DNA of 42,387 nt from Deltaproteobacteria bacterium (GTDB lineage: Bacteria; Desulfobacterota; JADFXK01), in NCBI GenBank assembly GCA_015233625.1, contig JADFXK010000001.1:9537-51923 (forward strand), read 5' to 3'. The notes under the pieces were generated by a model. That model had not been told where the DNA came from and searched no databases. It saw nothing but the letters and a program-made list of their open reading frames with translations. Position numbers and translations under genes: made by a program. Below are positions 9,522 through 20,271 of the stretch, piece after piece. Positions within the stretch are counted from its first letter, which is position 1. The number at the start of each line of letters is the position of its first letter.

Positions 9522-11392
9522 TTATGGCCTGATTTCCTCAAATTCCTCTTTTAAAGACATGGTCAAGCTGAACACTCCGCTTTCAATCTTCCGGGTCAGG
9601 TTAGGAAAAATCTTTCGAAACACCTTCATCATCTTGGTGTTCTCAGCCAACACATCGGCGACCAGGGTCACTATTCCCTTGTCCTTAGCAATGGTGGCCA
9701 GGTATTTCAGCAGGAAGGTGCCTAACCCGAATCCCTGCCAGGTGTCATGAATGGCAAATGACACCTCGGCCGCATTGGACTCGAGGTCGAGATGATACAG
9801 GGCTACGGCGATGATCTCCGGATAGCCCCGGTATTCAGTAATCCCGACAATGGTCATTTCCTGGTGATAATCAATGTTGACCAGGTGTTGCATCCGGCTG
9901 TGGGGGGCTTCCCTGACCACGTGGAAGTACCGGAGATAGATGGCTTCGTCAGACATGGTATAAAAAAGATCCCGAAGCATGGTTTCATCCACCGGCTTAA
10001 TCGGTCGGAAAAAAACGGGCACCCCATTTTTAAAACTCCTGGTGATTTCCCACTGTTCTGGATAATTATCGACTAAGGAAGGGGGAAGTTGATCGGCAAA
10101 AATATAATGCTGTTTCTTGGCTGCCAGCATTAATCGTTGTCTGAAACGGGGATGGGCAATATTTATCAACTGCAGCGAGCGCTCAAAGATGGTCCGGCCG
10201 AACAAATAAGCTGTGCCGTATTCAGTAACCACGTAATGGATATCACTGCGCGGCACGGCCACCCCACTCCCCTCTTTCAGTTTAGGCACGATCCTGGATA
10301 CGGTTCCATTCCTGGCTGTGGACGGCAGGGCGATAATGGCCCGCCCGTTCTTGGCCTTACTGCCGCCATCGGTGAAGTCCAGGGTGCCGCCGACACCAGA
10401 AAAAAATTTGTGCCCAATGGAGTCAACGCACACCTGGCCGGTAAGGTCGACTTGCAAGGCAGAATTGATGGCCACCATGTTATCATTCAGGCTGATCACA
10501 TGGGGGTCGCAGACATAGTCGGAGGGGAGGAATTCCAGCATGGGGTTGTTGTCCACAAACTTGTAGAGCCATTCGTCGCCCATGCACATGCAAGCCACCA
10601 TTTTGCCTGGGTGTAAGGTCTTCTTCCGGTTAGTGATCACCCCGGCCTCAGCCAGCTCGGCGATGCCGGTGGTAAAGAACTCCGTATGAATCCCCAGGTC
10701 TTTCTTGTCCCGGAGAAAGGCCAGGGCCGTATTGGGCACGGTCCCGTAGCCGACTTCAATGGTGTCTCCATCTCTAACCAACTGGCTCAGATGACGCCCA
10801 ATCCGTTGGGTAATGACATCCGGCTCCTTGCTCACCACGGTGATTAAAGGGTGATTGCCCTTGACCAGGAAATCGATCTGATCGACGTGAAGGAAGCTGT
10901 CCCCCAGAGTCCGCGGCATATTGGGATTTACTTCGGCCACGATAATCTTGGCGCTTTCTGCCGCCGCTTTAGACACATCCACTGAAATGCCCAGAGAACA
11001 GAATCCGTGATGGTCCGGCGGCGAGACCTGAATCAGGGCCATGTCAAGTCGAATAATGCCTTGCTTGAACAGGGCCGGGACATCGGATGACCGGACCGGA
11101 ATGTAGTCGGCTCGTCCTTCCGCCACCGCCTCCCGAGCCTGGGGTCCAATAAAGAAGGTCTTCAGCCGCAGGCACTCTACATATTCTTTTCGGGCATATG
11201 GCGAGTCTCCTAAATTGGCGACATGATAAACACAGGTATCTACCAGATCGCGGCCGATTTTTTCTAAATGGCTGGTCAGGGTCTGAGGTTCCGCGCACCC
11301 GGTGTGAATGAAAAGTTATCTCCGTTCTTGATCTTTCTTAAAGCATTCTCGGCGGTGGAGACTTTATCCGCATACCTTGCTTCCCAATTCAT
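9522..11392 (-). pseudogene. Acetyl-CoA hydrolase/transferase + GNAT fusion with a single-base frameshift near 11311-11316
   Basis: ATG at 11392 reads MNWEARYADKVSTAENALRKIKNGDN. The next frame continues FIHTGCAEPQTL...AVAEGRADYIP into the 534-aa ORF (DLGIHTE, SGVGGTLDF, VVTEYG, C-terminal GNAT WQGFGLG). The total span is 1871 nt (3n+2). It may instead be a sequencing error in an intact gene. Confidence 0.85.
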
Positions 11393-11536
11393 ATCGTCTA
11401 CCTTAGTCGCCTATCACGTCGGCCGGTTACTGATTACAAGTTCAACTGGTTATTGGAGTTGATCCGCCGGTTGCCTCCGATACGCAACACGTAATTTGAA
11501 ACCCCTAACACGTAAGACAATTCACGACCAAGACCG

Positions 11537-12199
11537 TCAATACAAACCACCACCCTGGCCTTTCCTGCGGAACAAGACCAGGCCCAGCAGGATGCCGGCC
11601 AAAGCCACCCCGCCGACAGAAACCAGCCAATGGAGTTGGCTATCGAGATCGATCTTTTCCTTTTGATTTTGCATCGCGCCCAACTCCGCCTCTTGGCGCT
11701 TAACGACGGTGTCGATTTCTTTTTGTTGCTGACTTAACTTGGCGTAGCTTGACCTTACTTGTTCCATTTTTTGAATGCCCTGGTTCAAGGTCTCCAATTC
11801 TTTTCTCTGATCCTGGATATCTTTTTCAAACTTAGATATGTCACTAGTTAATTTAGTATTTTGCTGTTTCAGGGTACTTACTTCGTTGGTCAGGCTAGTG
11901 TTTCGATCTTTAACGCTTTTATAGCGATAGATCTTAGGCAAGTCGGGGCTCAGAAACTTTCTTAGGATCCAGCCTTGTTGCTCTTCTCTGGGTCCATACT
12001 TCACCTTGGCCCAATTTCCATCTTCATCTAATAACTCCACCTCTTGATAAGATTTAAGATAACCAACAATTTTGGCATCGGCGCCTGTCCCTGTCTTGAC
12101 CGCCACCTCAAAATCGTCAATGACATAAGTTGGACCGGCCATCGCCGAGACGGGAGATAGCAGCACAATAAGCCATAATAATATTACTATGTTACCCAT
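11537..12199 (-). CDS. SH3-domain coiled-coil membrane-anchored protein (TIGR04211/YgiM-like)
   Basis: Signal peptide, bacterial SH3 (WAKVKY...QGWI), long coiled coil and a C-terminal TM with a basic tail. Confidence 0.85.
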   Translation of the reverse strand: MGNIVILLWLIVLLSPVSAMAGPTYVIDDFEVAVKTGTGADAKIVGYLKSYQEVELLDEDGNWAKVKYGPREEQQGWILRKFLSPDLPKIYRYKSVKDRNTSLTNEVSTLKQQNTKLTSDISKFEKDIQDQRKELETLNQGIQKMEQVRSSYAKLSQQQKEIDTVVKRQEAELGAMQNQKEKIDLDSQLHWLVSVGGVALAGILLGLVLFRRKGQGGGLY

Positions 12200-12462
12200 T
12201 TTTTCCTCTCTTGGGGATGGTTCAGGTCACTCTTCATGTGATCTACTCTTAAATATTCGACAATGACTTTAACAGACTAGTGCCTAAAAGGTCAACAGGT
12301 CATCGTTTTAATGTTGACCCAATGGTCATTTTTTGTTAGGAAAAATAGTAACCATCCATACCTGGTTGCCCGGCAACGCCTGATCCCGATATACTGGACC
12401 GGGCCATCCGACGGATATACCTGGCTAACAAACTAAAATAATTAATATCTTCGAGGCAAATC

Positions 12463-12756
12463 ATGGACCGAATCTTAGCTTTGATCAATCAAGCGCGCGA
12501 CCTGGACTGGATGCAAACTATTCAAAACCCCTATGTCATCGCTGCAATAGTGGTCCTTTTGGCCTTGAGCTTCTGGCGCAAAGCTTATGCGGCCGTAGCC
12601 GTCATTATAGTGGTAGTCGCCTTTATTCCGTTGAGTTATTATACGCTGCCTAAAGGGGAAGAGGAGATCGATGTCGCCAAAGTGGCCATCTTTGCCGGCG
12701 GCTCGGCAATCTTGGGTGGGATTTTAATTTATTTTGGGTTCGTCAAAGGCAAGTAA
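12463..12756 (+). CDS. Small hypothetical membrane protein
   Basis: 97 aa with three hydrophobic segments and a GAGG RBS. Confidence 0.7.
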   Translation: MDRILALINQARDLDWMQTIQNPYVIAAIVVLLALSFWRKAYAAVAVIIVVVAFIPLSYYTLPKGEEEIDVAKVAIFAGGSAILGGILIYFGFVKGK

Positions 12757-12854
12757 ACCTGCCCCCGGGGACAATGAGTTCATGATCACCAAAATGTGCC
12801 CAAGATGAAATGTACTATTCCTTAGGTCTGGACGAGACCGGGTCGGGCATCAAT

Positions 12855-12888
12855 ATTTGGTACGCGATAATAATTTGGTACGCGATAA
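12855..12888. repeat. Tandem 16-bp direct repeat ATTTGGTACGCGATAA x2 (period 18)
   Basis: Identical copies at 12855-12870 and 12873-12888 in the intergenic region. Confidence 0.85.
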
Positions 12889-13044
12889 GATGTCGGCATT
12901 CATCTAAAGAAAGGATGTTTGATATTCTATTCGCCGCAGAGACCGGGGGCTGAAATGAGATAACTTGCAGTTACCACTCCCCTTGCTGAGCGCTGAAAAC
13001 TGCTCGCTCATAATATTTGTTGGAGAAGTCAAAAGGAGGCTCCC

Positions 13045-13797
13045 ATGGCCGACCAAACCCCACCATCCATCGGTTCCGGACAATCCGAAGTATATGTCGA
13101 ATCCAAGGAAATGAAGATCGGAACCGGCGTCACAGCCCGGATTCAAAAATCGGAAACATTTTACCAACTGATGGGAACTGAAGATGATGTGGTAGTCTTA
13201 AGCCTCCTGATAAAAGACACGCCATCCAAAATCATCGAAAAGGTGCCCTTTGACGAATTCGAGAAACGATTCAGCCGTGTGGAAAATTATTTTAAGGATA
13301 AGTCTAAAGAGGTAAATGTGAAGTTGACTCGCCATTTATCCATGGGGGAGCAACATCTGGAAAAGCAAGAATATTACAGCGCCGAATACGAGTTTGACAG
13401 CGCCCTCAAGATGGACCAAAGGAATCTGCGGGCTAATTTGGGCAAGAGTCAGACTCGGGCCGCCTTGGGCGATGAACAGGGCGCGGTTGAAATCCTAAAA
13501 AAAATGGCGGACTTCGATGACCTGTACCAGATAGAAAACAAACATGTATTTAACAAATACGGCATGCAACTCCGGCATCACAAACTGTATGATGACTCTG
13601 TTCAAAGCTATGTCAAGGCCCTCAAGTGCGACTCAGGTGACGAACACCTATACTATAACCTGGCCCGGGCCCTATATGAGAAGGGTGATCAAGAAAAAGC
13701 TTGCCGCGTATTAAAAAACGCCATCAGGTTGAACCCCGACTTCAAAGATGGTGAAACATTACTTGCCTACTATGAAAAGCATCCGCCCCAGACTTAA
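13045..13797 (+). CDS. Tetratricopeptide repeat protein
   Basis: TPR motifs (NLRANLG, HVFNKYGMQLR, DEHLYYNLARALYEKGD) and AGGAGG RBS. Confidence 0.85.
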   Translation: MADQTPPSIGSGQSEVYVESKEMKIGTGVTARIQKSETFYQLMGTEDDVVVLSLLIKDTPSKIIEKVPFDEFEKRFSRVENYFKDKSKEVNVKLTRHLSMGEQHLEKQEYYSAEYEFDSALKMDQRNLRANLGKSQTRAALGDEQGAVEILKKMADFDDLYQIENKHVFNKYGMQLRHHKLYDDSVQSYVKALKCDSGDEHLYYNLARALYEKGDQEKACRVLKNAIRLNPDFKDGETLLAYYEKHPPQT

Positions 13798-14006
13798 AAA
13801 CAAGAGTCCCCGCCTGCTTGACGCATCCCTAAGCCATCGGTGGTCTGCTTACAGCACTCGGCAAAACCAGAATAGCCTGTGGTCGGTAGTCTCGACTTAA
13901 CCTGGAATAAGACGGATGGAACGTCCTATCTTGTTGCTCTCGGCCAACATCGCCGGATAGTTCCTTACCCTGGGACCCAGATGATATTCAATGAAGGACT
14001 GACCGC

Positions 14007-16463
14007 TTGACGTCGGACTTAGCCATCTCGTTTCGTATGGTCATCTGGATCGGGCTGGCCGCGGGCCTGGGCCTGTGGTGGTCCCACCGGAGCCGAGAAG
14101 GCGAGGACCTGACCCCTTGGGCCATTGTCGTCCTTTACTGGTTGGCCCTGATGGTCTTGTTTTGGCCGGCGATAGTCTCTGACCGGTGTTTGGTCCCGGC
14201 GGACATCCTATTTCAGAATTATCCCTGGAAGGCTTTCTATCCAGGTGTCACACCCCATAATCCCCTCCTGACCGATCCGCTGGAAAGCGTTTACCCCTGG
14301 TGGCGGTCCTGGCTCAAAGCGGTCCACGAAGGAACCTGGCCTTTATGGAACCCGGCGGCCTACTGCGGATCTCCGCTTTTGGCCAATCTGATCTCCGCCT
14401 CTCTCCATCCCATCAACCTGTTGCTTCTCATCCTGCCCATCGAACAGGCCGGCACGCTGTTCCCCTTCTTGCGTTTGCTGGCGGCCGCAGGAGGTACCTA
14501 TGCCTTGTTGCGCGCCTTTCGGCTTCCCTCGGCCAGCGCCTTCTTAGGCGGGCTGTTGTATGCTTTTTGCGGTGTGCATATCGTCTGGTTGTCCAACTAT
14601 CCCAGTGTCAACGTCACCGCCCTGATGCCTTGGATTTTTCTCAGCCTGGACCGGCTGGCCCGCGGAGGGCGCCCCGGCTGGGCCCTGGGTCTAACCCTAT
14701 TTTCAGCCCTGCAGTTCTTGGGGGGGCACCCGGAGTCATCCTTCCATTTATACCTGGCCGCTCTGCCGTTTTTCATTTGGCGTCTCTTCGTGGAACGGCA
14801 GAGAGGGATCGGTTACCTGGTCCTGGTCGGCCGAATCGCCCTGGTGAGCGGCGCCGGTCTGGTCGCGGTGGCTTTAGTCGCGTTTCAATTGTACCCTTTT
14901 ATGGAATACCTGCCTCTGACCTCCCGGTATCAAGAAATCGCGGCCAGCGGTAAAAACATGTTTCAACACTTAGACTTCGGCGTCTGCCTCCGGCAAATCT
15001 CCGGCACGCTCATCTCTCCGGACTTCTACGGGAATCCGGTGCACGGAAACTACTGGGGCTTCGGCAACTATACGGAACAGAATACCCATCTGACCATCAT
15101 CGGGCTGATTTTGGCGGCCCTGACTCTAATCCGAAGCCGCACCCACCGGGGACTAAAGCGATTTCTGCTCTTACTGGCCTTGTTTTCTTTCCTGGTGGCG
15201 GTGCGGACGCCGGGGTTGTTTGATTTGCTCGCCCATCTACCGTTGTTTAAGGAAGCCAGCAACCATCGGCTGATCTTTGTCTTCTCCTTCTGCTGCTCTC
15301 TACTGGCCGCCCTGGCCGCGGCCGACTATCAGGCTGGGCCGGAAGAATCCATCAAGACACCGGTTCTGACGGCCATAGGGCTGGTGATTGTGGCCGGACT
15401 CCTTCATTTCTTTTCCTCAGATGGGTTGACCGAACTCCAATTGCATTACCGGCTGACCCATTTGGCGATGTTCCTGGCCTTCTTGGTGCCGGCTGTTTGC
15501 CTGACCGCGTATGGCGGCAGCCGGCGGAGACTGGGCCGCAGACTACCCTGGATCGCGGCCGGACTGGTGGTGCTGGAGGTGATGGCCTGGGGTTCGGATT
15601 ATAATACCTTCGTGAATCGGGCTCTGATCTATCCACCCACCCCCATGACCGATTTTATCACTTCTCGGCCGGGCCGTTTCCGGGTGGTCGGATACAAAGG
15701 TTGCCTCAGACGCGGGGCGGAGCAAGTCTACGGGTACGATAGCATTATCAGTATGGACCCGATGAAACCTGCGGCATATGAACGGGTGCTGGCGGCTGTC
15801 AACGGCCGATACCAGGCAGTGTTTACACCGGAAGTGGCCGCAGTGGATTCGCCCGGGGTAGATTTCTTACATGTTAAATATGTCGCCGTCGGGCCCGACG
15901 TAAGTACACAGGAGTTCTCATCAGAACGATTCAGATTGGCCTACACGGGGGTTGATGGGAAGGTATATGAAAATCGACAGGCCCTTCCGAGGGCTTTTTG
16001 GGTTGAAGAAGTTTTGATTGCTCCATCCGGGGCGAGCGCTTTTGGGCTGGCCGACATCCATCGTCATGAACTCAACCGGGTGGTAGTCATAGAAGCCCCG
16101 GTAGATGCCGGGTTTAACTCCGCCAGGTTTGCGGCGGCCAAAAATCCAACCGTGGTTGTAGTCGAGAAAAAACAGAACAGTTTCCGTGTGCGAGTCCACA
16201 CTACGGCCTCCGGCTGCCTGGTCCTGAGCGAGGTACTTCTTCCCGGTTGGCATGTCCGGTTGGATGGCCAAGAATCCCGGATCAACCGGGCCAATGGTGC
16301 CTTTATGGCCGTGTTCGTGCCGGCCGGAGTGAACCAGATGGAGTTTTACTATGCGCCGAAGTCTTTCCAGGTCGGACTCATCATCTCCGGGGCCGGATTG
16401 TTCGTCGTGTTCTTGGCCCTGGCCGGATGGATCAGGTGGCGGTTCAAGCGCTCCACAAAATGA
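14007..16463 (+). CDS. YfhO-family polytopic membrane protein (putative GT-C glycosyltransferase)
   Basis: 818 aa with WPLWNPAAYCGSPLLAN, GGHPE, ENRQALPRAF and C-terminal PGWHVRLDG...RANGAFMAVFVPAG motifs. The start codon is uncertain. Confidence 0.85.
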   Translation: MTSDLAISFRMVIWIGLAAGLGLWWSHRSREGEDLTPWAIVVLYWLALMVLFWPAIVSDRCLVPADILFQNYPWKAFYPGVTPHNPLLTDPLESVYPWWRSWLKAVHEGTWPLWNPAAYCGSPLLANLISASLHPINLLLLILPIEQAGTLFPFLRLLAAAGGTYALLRAFRLPSASAFLGGLLYAFCGVHIVWLSNYPSVNVTALMPWIFLSLDRLARGGRPGWALGLTLFSALQFLGGHPESSFHLYLAALPFFIWRLFVERQRGIGYLVLVGRIALVSGAGLVAVALVAFQLYPFMEYLPLTSRYQEIAASGKNMFQHLDFGVCLRQISGTLISPDFYGNPVHGNYWGFGNYTEQNTHLTIIGLILAALTLIRSRTHRGLKRFLLLLALFSFLVAVRTPGLFDLLAHLPLFKEASNHRLIFVFSFCCSLLAALAAADYQAGPEESIKTPVLTAIGLVIVAGLLHFFSSDGLTELQLHYRLTHLAMFLAFLVPAVCLTAYGGSRRRLGRRLPWIAAGLVVLEVMAWGSDYNTFVNRALIYPPTPMTDFITSRPGRFRVVGYKGCLRRGAEQVYGYDSIISMDPMKPAAYERVLAAVNGRYQAVFTPEVAAVDSPGVDFLHVKYVAVGPDVSTQEFSSERFRLAYTGVDGKVYENRQALPRAFWVEEVLIAPSGASAFGLADIHRHELNRVVVIEAPVDAGFNSARFAAAKNPTVVVVEKKQNSFRVRVHTTASGCLVLSEVLLPGWHVRLDGQESRINRANGAFMAVFVPAGVNQMEFYYAPKSFQVGLIISGAGLFVVFLALAGWIRWRFKRSTK

Positions 16464-16574
16464 GAATTGCTGGCCGATAGAAATCCAGATTGCTACTTGA
16501 CTCTGTTTGTGTTAATCTTAAAATATTCATCTTGTTTCGCGACAGCCTCAAAAACCACTTAAAAAGGGGAAAAA

Positions 16575-16901
16575 ATGAACGGGAACAAAGAAAAAGTCAA
16601 GTTCACCTATGTGGCGCCGCATCACCTTAGGGACTGCTATGTTAATGGAGCCTGGGGAGAAGTCACCGGACGAGACGAGATAGTCATGCACTTTTACTCC
16701 GAGAGACAACCTCTACCGAAATCAAGTGCCTATACCTTTGACGAGACCGGAAACGTCACCGATTACGAAGAAGAACCGGGCGGAGATACTGTTCGGCTCA
16801 TTCAGGCGTCTCTGGTCATGGATCTGGAAACGGCCCGGGCCATAAACCAGTGGTTGGCCGATAGAATTGATGCTCTGACGGTTCCGGAAGAAGGGGAATA
16901 G
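16575..16901 (+). CDS. Conserved hypothetical protein (DUF3467-like)
   Basis: 108 aa with a YVNGAWG...EIVMHFYSER pattern and a purine-rich RBS. The family name is tentative. Confidence 0.7.
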   Translation: MNGNKEKVKFTYVAPHHLRDCYVNGAWGEVTGRDEIVMHFYSERQPLPKSSAYTFDETGNVTDYEEEPGGDTVRLIQASLVMDLETARAINQWLADRIDALTVPEEGE

Positions 16902-16968
16902 TCTACTACCAATTAAATACCAAGATGATCTACCTCAGGCAATCCGGCGCTGACCCGGCCAGAGACTT

Positions 16969-18198
16969 CTAGACACAAATAAAGCGCTCATCGGCCGCGG
17001 TCAATTTTTCCCAGCCGGTCTCGGTGACTAAAATAGTGTTCTCAAAACCCACCGCACCATGTTCAGGGAAGACCATTTTTAGTTCCAGGGCAAAAGTCAT
17101 CCCAGGTTCCAACGCATACCTATGCCCTGGGGCCAAAAATGGTAACTCACCGATTTCGAGTCCGATGCCGTGCCCGATAAACTTGATCCGATAACCGTCC
17201 ACACCCAGAAAGTTCTCCTGATACCCCAACCTGGCCGCCAGGTCTAGACCGAAATGATAGAATTCCTCACAAACCACGCCGGGCTTGACTCGCTCCAGCA
17301 GGTCTGTCTCAATCTCTTGCAAGGCCTGGTAGGCCTCCCGGATTTGAGCCGGAGGTGAGCCGATGGCAAACATACGGGTTTGGTCCACCTGGTATCCGTC
17401 CAGGCAGATGCCGAAGTCGACCAACACCGCCTCTCCTTCGACGATGGGCTTAAGACTGGATCCGGCGGGAAAAGCCGGGGACAAACCGCATCCGGCAAAG
17501 GGCGCATCCAGCCCGCCGATTTCCGCCCCACACCGCCCGCTGACCACGTGCCAGGTGTGCATTTCGTTGTTGAATCCCCGAGCCCGGATCATGTTCTGGT
17601 GGCCCAGCGACATGGCCAGGCTGGTCATGCCGGCCGCCACATCCATCTCTGTCCGCCCTGGTATCAGTAGTCCGGGAATAGATCGGTAGACCTGCGCCGC
17701 GACCTGTCCGGCGCGGGCCATGCTGGATAGCTCATGGGGCGATTTGATTTTTCTGACCTGTCTAATCACCGGCCAGGCATCAAAGAACGGGATGCCGGGG
17801 AAGAGACTCTGCAGAAACTCGTACTGGTTGACCGGCAGCACATCCAATTCCAGACCCAAGGGCTGGGGTATCCTCCCGAGGGCATCATGGATCAACCCCG
17901 GCAGGTCCTTTAGCCCGCCGACCCGGACTATCCGATCCAAAGGAGATTCCCGCCTGGCCCGAGCTTCATCCCGCTTGACCATGAGGAGCGGCGTCCCGTC
18001 GGCCGGAACGAAGAGGTAAGCGTGTTGCATGGTGCCAGAGAAGTAAAACAGATCCACCTTCTCCATGATCAAGGCCGCGCCGGCATTCCGGGCCTGCAGA
18101 CCCTGTTGCAGCCTCCGAATTCGTTTGGTTATCTCTACCGTCACTGGAACCATCTCCTGCAGCTTAGATAAGGCCATTAAATCATCTCCGTTGTCCAC
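16969..18198 (-). CDS. Xaa-Pro peptidase family (M24) protein
   Basis: DLFYFSGT, RKIKSPHE, VDFG...DQTR, GHGIGLE, FALE and GFENT metal-ligand motifs. The true start may lie a few codons downstream. Confidence 0.92.
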   Translation of the reverse strand: MDNGDDLMALSKLQEMVPVTVEITKRIRRLQQGLQARNAGAALIMEKVDLFYFSGTMQHAYLFVPADGTPLLMVKRDEARARRESPLDRIVRVGGLKDLPGLIHDALGRIPQPLGLELDVLPVNQYEFLQSLFPGIPFFDAWPVIRQVRKIKSPHELSSMARAGQVAAQVYRSIPGLLIPGRTEMDVAAGMTSLAMSLGHQNMIRARGFNNEMHTWHVVSGRCGAEIGGLDAPFAGCGLSPAFPAGSSLKPIVEGEAVLVDFGICLDGYQVDQTRMFAIGSPPAQIREAYQALQEIETDLLERVKPGVVCEEFYHFGLDLAARLGYQENFLGVDGYRIKFIGHGIGLEIGELPFLAPGHRYALEPGMTFALELKMVFPEHGAVGFENTILVTETGWEKLTAADERFICV

Positions 18199-18242
18199 CG
18201 GGTACCCAGGGCCATCGGTGATCCTGGTCCGGTAGTGAAGAC

Positions 18243-18275
18243 AAAAAAGAGGGCACCCCTTGTGAGAGCGCCCCC
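18243..18275 (-). terminator. Intrinsic terminator after the distal csp gene
   Basis: Minus strand GGGGGCGCTCTC-ACAA-GGGGTGCCCTC followed by TTTTTT. Confidence 0.75.
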
Positions 18276-18300
18276 ATTGTGTTTCGGACCGATTGATTAG

Positions 18301-18501
18301 TTAGATTCTGGTGACATTTTTCGCTGATGGCCCTTTGTTACCTTTTTCCACATCAAACCTGACCCGGTCGCCCTCGGCCAAACTTTTGAAGCCATCCATG
18401 TTGATGGAGGAATGGTGAACAAATACGTCCTGCCCATCATCTTCGGCGATGAACCCATAACCTTTTTGGTCGCTAAACCACTTTACATTTCCTTCTGGCA
18501 A
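18301..18501 (-). CDS. csp: Cold-shock protein (CspA family), copy 2
   Basis: 66 aa with RNP1 KGYGFI and RNP2 VFVH. TTG start after AAGGAG. Confidence 0.96.
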   Translation of the reverse strand: MPEGNVKWFSDQKGYGFIAEDDGQDVFVHHSSINMDGFKSLAEGDRVRFDVEKGNKGPSAKNVTRI

Positions 18502-18536
18502 AATGCTGCTCCTTCTTTTGTGCCTACCTCTTAGTG

Positions 18537-18563
18537 AAAAAGTAGCGCCCCCAAGGGAGCGCT
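18537..18563 (-). terminator. Terminator-like hairpin between the two csp genes
   Basis: Minus strand AGCGCTCCC-TT-GGGGGCGCT-AC followed by TTTTT. Confidence 0.55.
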
Positions 18564-18590
18564 GCGTTGAGTACTAGCTCGATTGATCAG

Positions 18591-18791
18591 TTAAATTTTG
18601 GTGACATTCTTGGCCGATGGTCCTTTGTTACCCTTTTCCACATCAAACCTGACCCGATCGCCTTCCGCCAGGCTCTTAAAACCGTCCATATTGATGTTGG
18701 AATGGTGAACAAACACGTCCTGCCCGCCGTCTTGTGCGATGAACCCGTACCCTTTTTGGTCGCTAAACCACTTTACATTTCCCTCTGGCAA
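18591..18791 (-). CDS. csp: Cold-shock protein (CspA family), copy 1
   Basis: Same 66-aa frame as copy 2, with TTG start at 18791 after an identical AAGGAG leader. The 102-aa call in the ORF track is over-extended. Confidence 0.96.
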   Translation of the reverse strand: MPEGNVKWFSDQKGYGFIAQDGGQDVFVHHSNINMDGFKSLAEGDRVRFDVEKGNKGPSAKNVTKI

Positions 18792-18889
18792 AATGCTGCT
18801 CCTTCTTTTGTGCCTACTGGCGGTGATGAAATTAACCCCCGTAACACGGGGGCCTTTAAAATTCGGGGTGTCAACTCCCCACGGTTCAT

Positions 18890-18919
18890 AATATAGCACG
18901 GTCGGTTATCAAATGTCAA
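18890..18919 (-). promoter_or_regulatory. Sigma70 promoter of the csp pair
   Basis: Minus strand TTGACA, 18-bp spacer, extended -10 TGcTATATT. This implies a 5' UTR of about 90 nt. Confidence 0.65.
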
Positions 18920-19063
18920 GTGATAATTGTGATTTGTTTTAGAGAATAGTCCCATAACATGGCCTAAGACCCTAACAATTAATATCAAAAAATCATTAAA
19001 ATAAAATACCGGTCGTCTCGTTCTTCTATCGCCTCCCGGGAGTCTCCCTTCGGCCCCAAAAGA

Positions 19064-19960
19064 CTAAACCAGGTTCTTGGTAGTACAAACATCACATTCA
19101 AACTGCAAAGTGACATGATTGATCCTGTGGCAACTTAATTTCTCCTCAATCATGGCGCTCAATCGGCAACTCTCACTGATCAGCATATCTTCCACATCCA
19201 CGTGCGTCTCAAAATGAATGCTCTGTTCGTTGAGCATCCACAGATGCGCATGATGGATATTTTTAACACCCGGGATAGCCTCTATTTCCTCGCGAATGTG
19301 GCCTAAAGAAATGAATTTGGGAGCCGCCATCATCAACACCCAGGTGGCCTCCTTGACAATCCCGAAACTACCTTTGAGAACATAAAGTGAAATAACGATG
19401 GTCAAAAGAGGATCTAACCAGTAGATCTGGAAGAAGTAAATCGCCCCCCCTCCGATGATGACGGCCAGGCTGGAAATCGCATCACTCAGCAAATGAAGAT
19501 AGGCTGATCTGATATTAATGCTTTCTTTAGAGCCCTGATGTAACAGCCTGGTACAAATGAGGTTGGCCACCAACCCGATGCCAGCCACAACCATCATCAA
19601 CCCACCGGCAATTGGTTCGGGGTGGGTGAATCGACTGAAGGCCTCTTTGCCCAGATAGAAACAAATGGCCATAAGTACCGAGGCGTTGATAACCGCGGCC
19701 ATAATCTCAGCCCGTTTTAGTCCAAAGGTGTAACTCTCCGTATTGGACCGCTCACCCAATCTCATGGCCAGGTAGCTGATAATAATGGCCACTCCATCAC
19801 TGAAATTATGTAAGGCATCGGAAATCAGCGACAGGCTCCCGGAAAGAACCCCTCCGATGACCTCTGCTACCGTGATAACAAAATTCAAGGCTATGGTGAA
19901 AAACAGACGGGCCGTGGAAATGGGTCCATGGGAACAATGCTCTGAGTGGTGGTGGGTCAT
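19064..19960 (-). CDS. Cation diffusion facilitator (CzcD/ZitB-like)
   Basis: His-rich N-terminus, SLSLISDALHNFSD, AYLHLLSD, IHHAHLW and HVTLQFE motifs. Confidence 0.93.
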   Translation of the reverse strand: MTHHHSEHCSHGPISTARLFFTIALNFVITVAEVIGGVLSGSLSLISDALHNFSDGVAIIISYLAMRLGERSNTESYTFGLKRAEIMAAVINASVLMAICFYLGKEAFSRFTHPEPIAGGLMMVVAGIGLVANLICTRLLHQGSKESINIRSAYLHLLSDAISSLAVIIGGGAIYFFQIYWLDPLLTIVISLYVLKGSFGIVKEATWVLMMAAPKFISLGHIREEIEAIPGVKNIHHAHLWMLNEQSIHFETHVDVEDMLISESCRLSAMIEEKLSCHRINHVTLQFECDVCTTKNLV

Positions 19961-20271
19961 GGGGTGTCCTTACACTACAAACCTGACTCTTCGATCTTAC
20001 GAAACCTCAATCCAATGTGTTGCCTGCGGCCATTATGAACCTGGGGAATTCGCCCGTCAAGAAGAATCAAAAATCTTCAAGGCCAGCGTCCACGATGCCA
20101 CCTGCTCTGGGTTGAACAAGGTGTGACTATTGTATAGGGGATATTTTAGGTGATTTGCGCTAAGGAATCAAGGGCAAAGTCTTCCAGCCAGGAGATAGAA
20201 GGGGCGGAGGAGCAGTCTGTCCTCAGGAACGGATTTCTTATTTATCGTTTAACCGAGTCTAAAAGCATAAT

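Noticed and set aside
12857-12890. TGGTACG repeats as sigma54 promoters
   Set aside because: Neither copy has GC at the -12 position (TA and GA instead).
18792-18899. N-terminal extension of the cold-shock ORF (102 aa in the ORF track)
   Set aside because: The RBS and the paralog place the start at TTG 18791. The extension covers the promoter and UTR.
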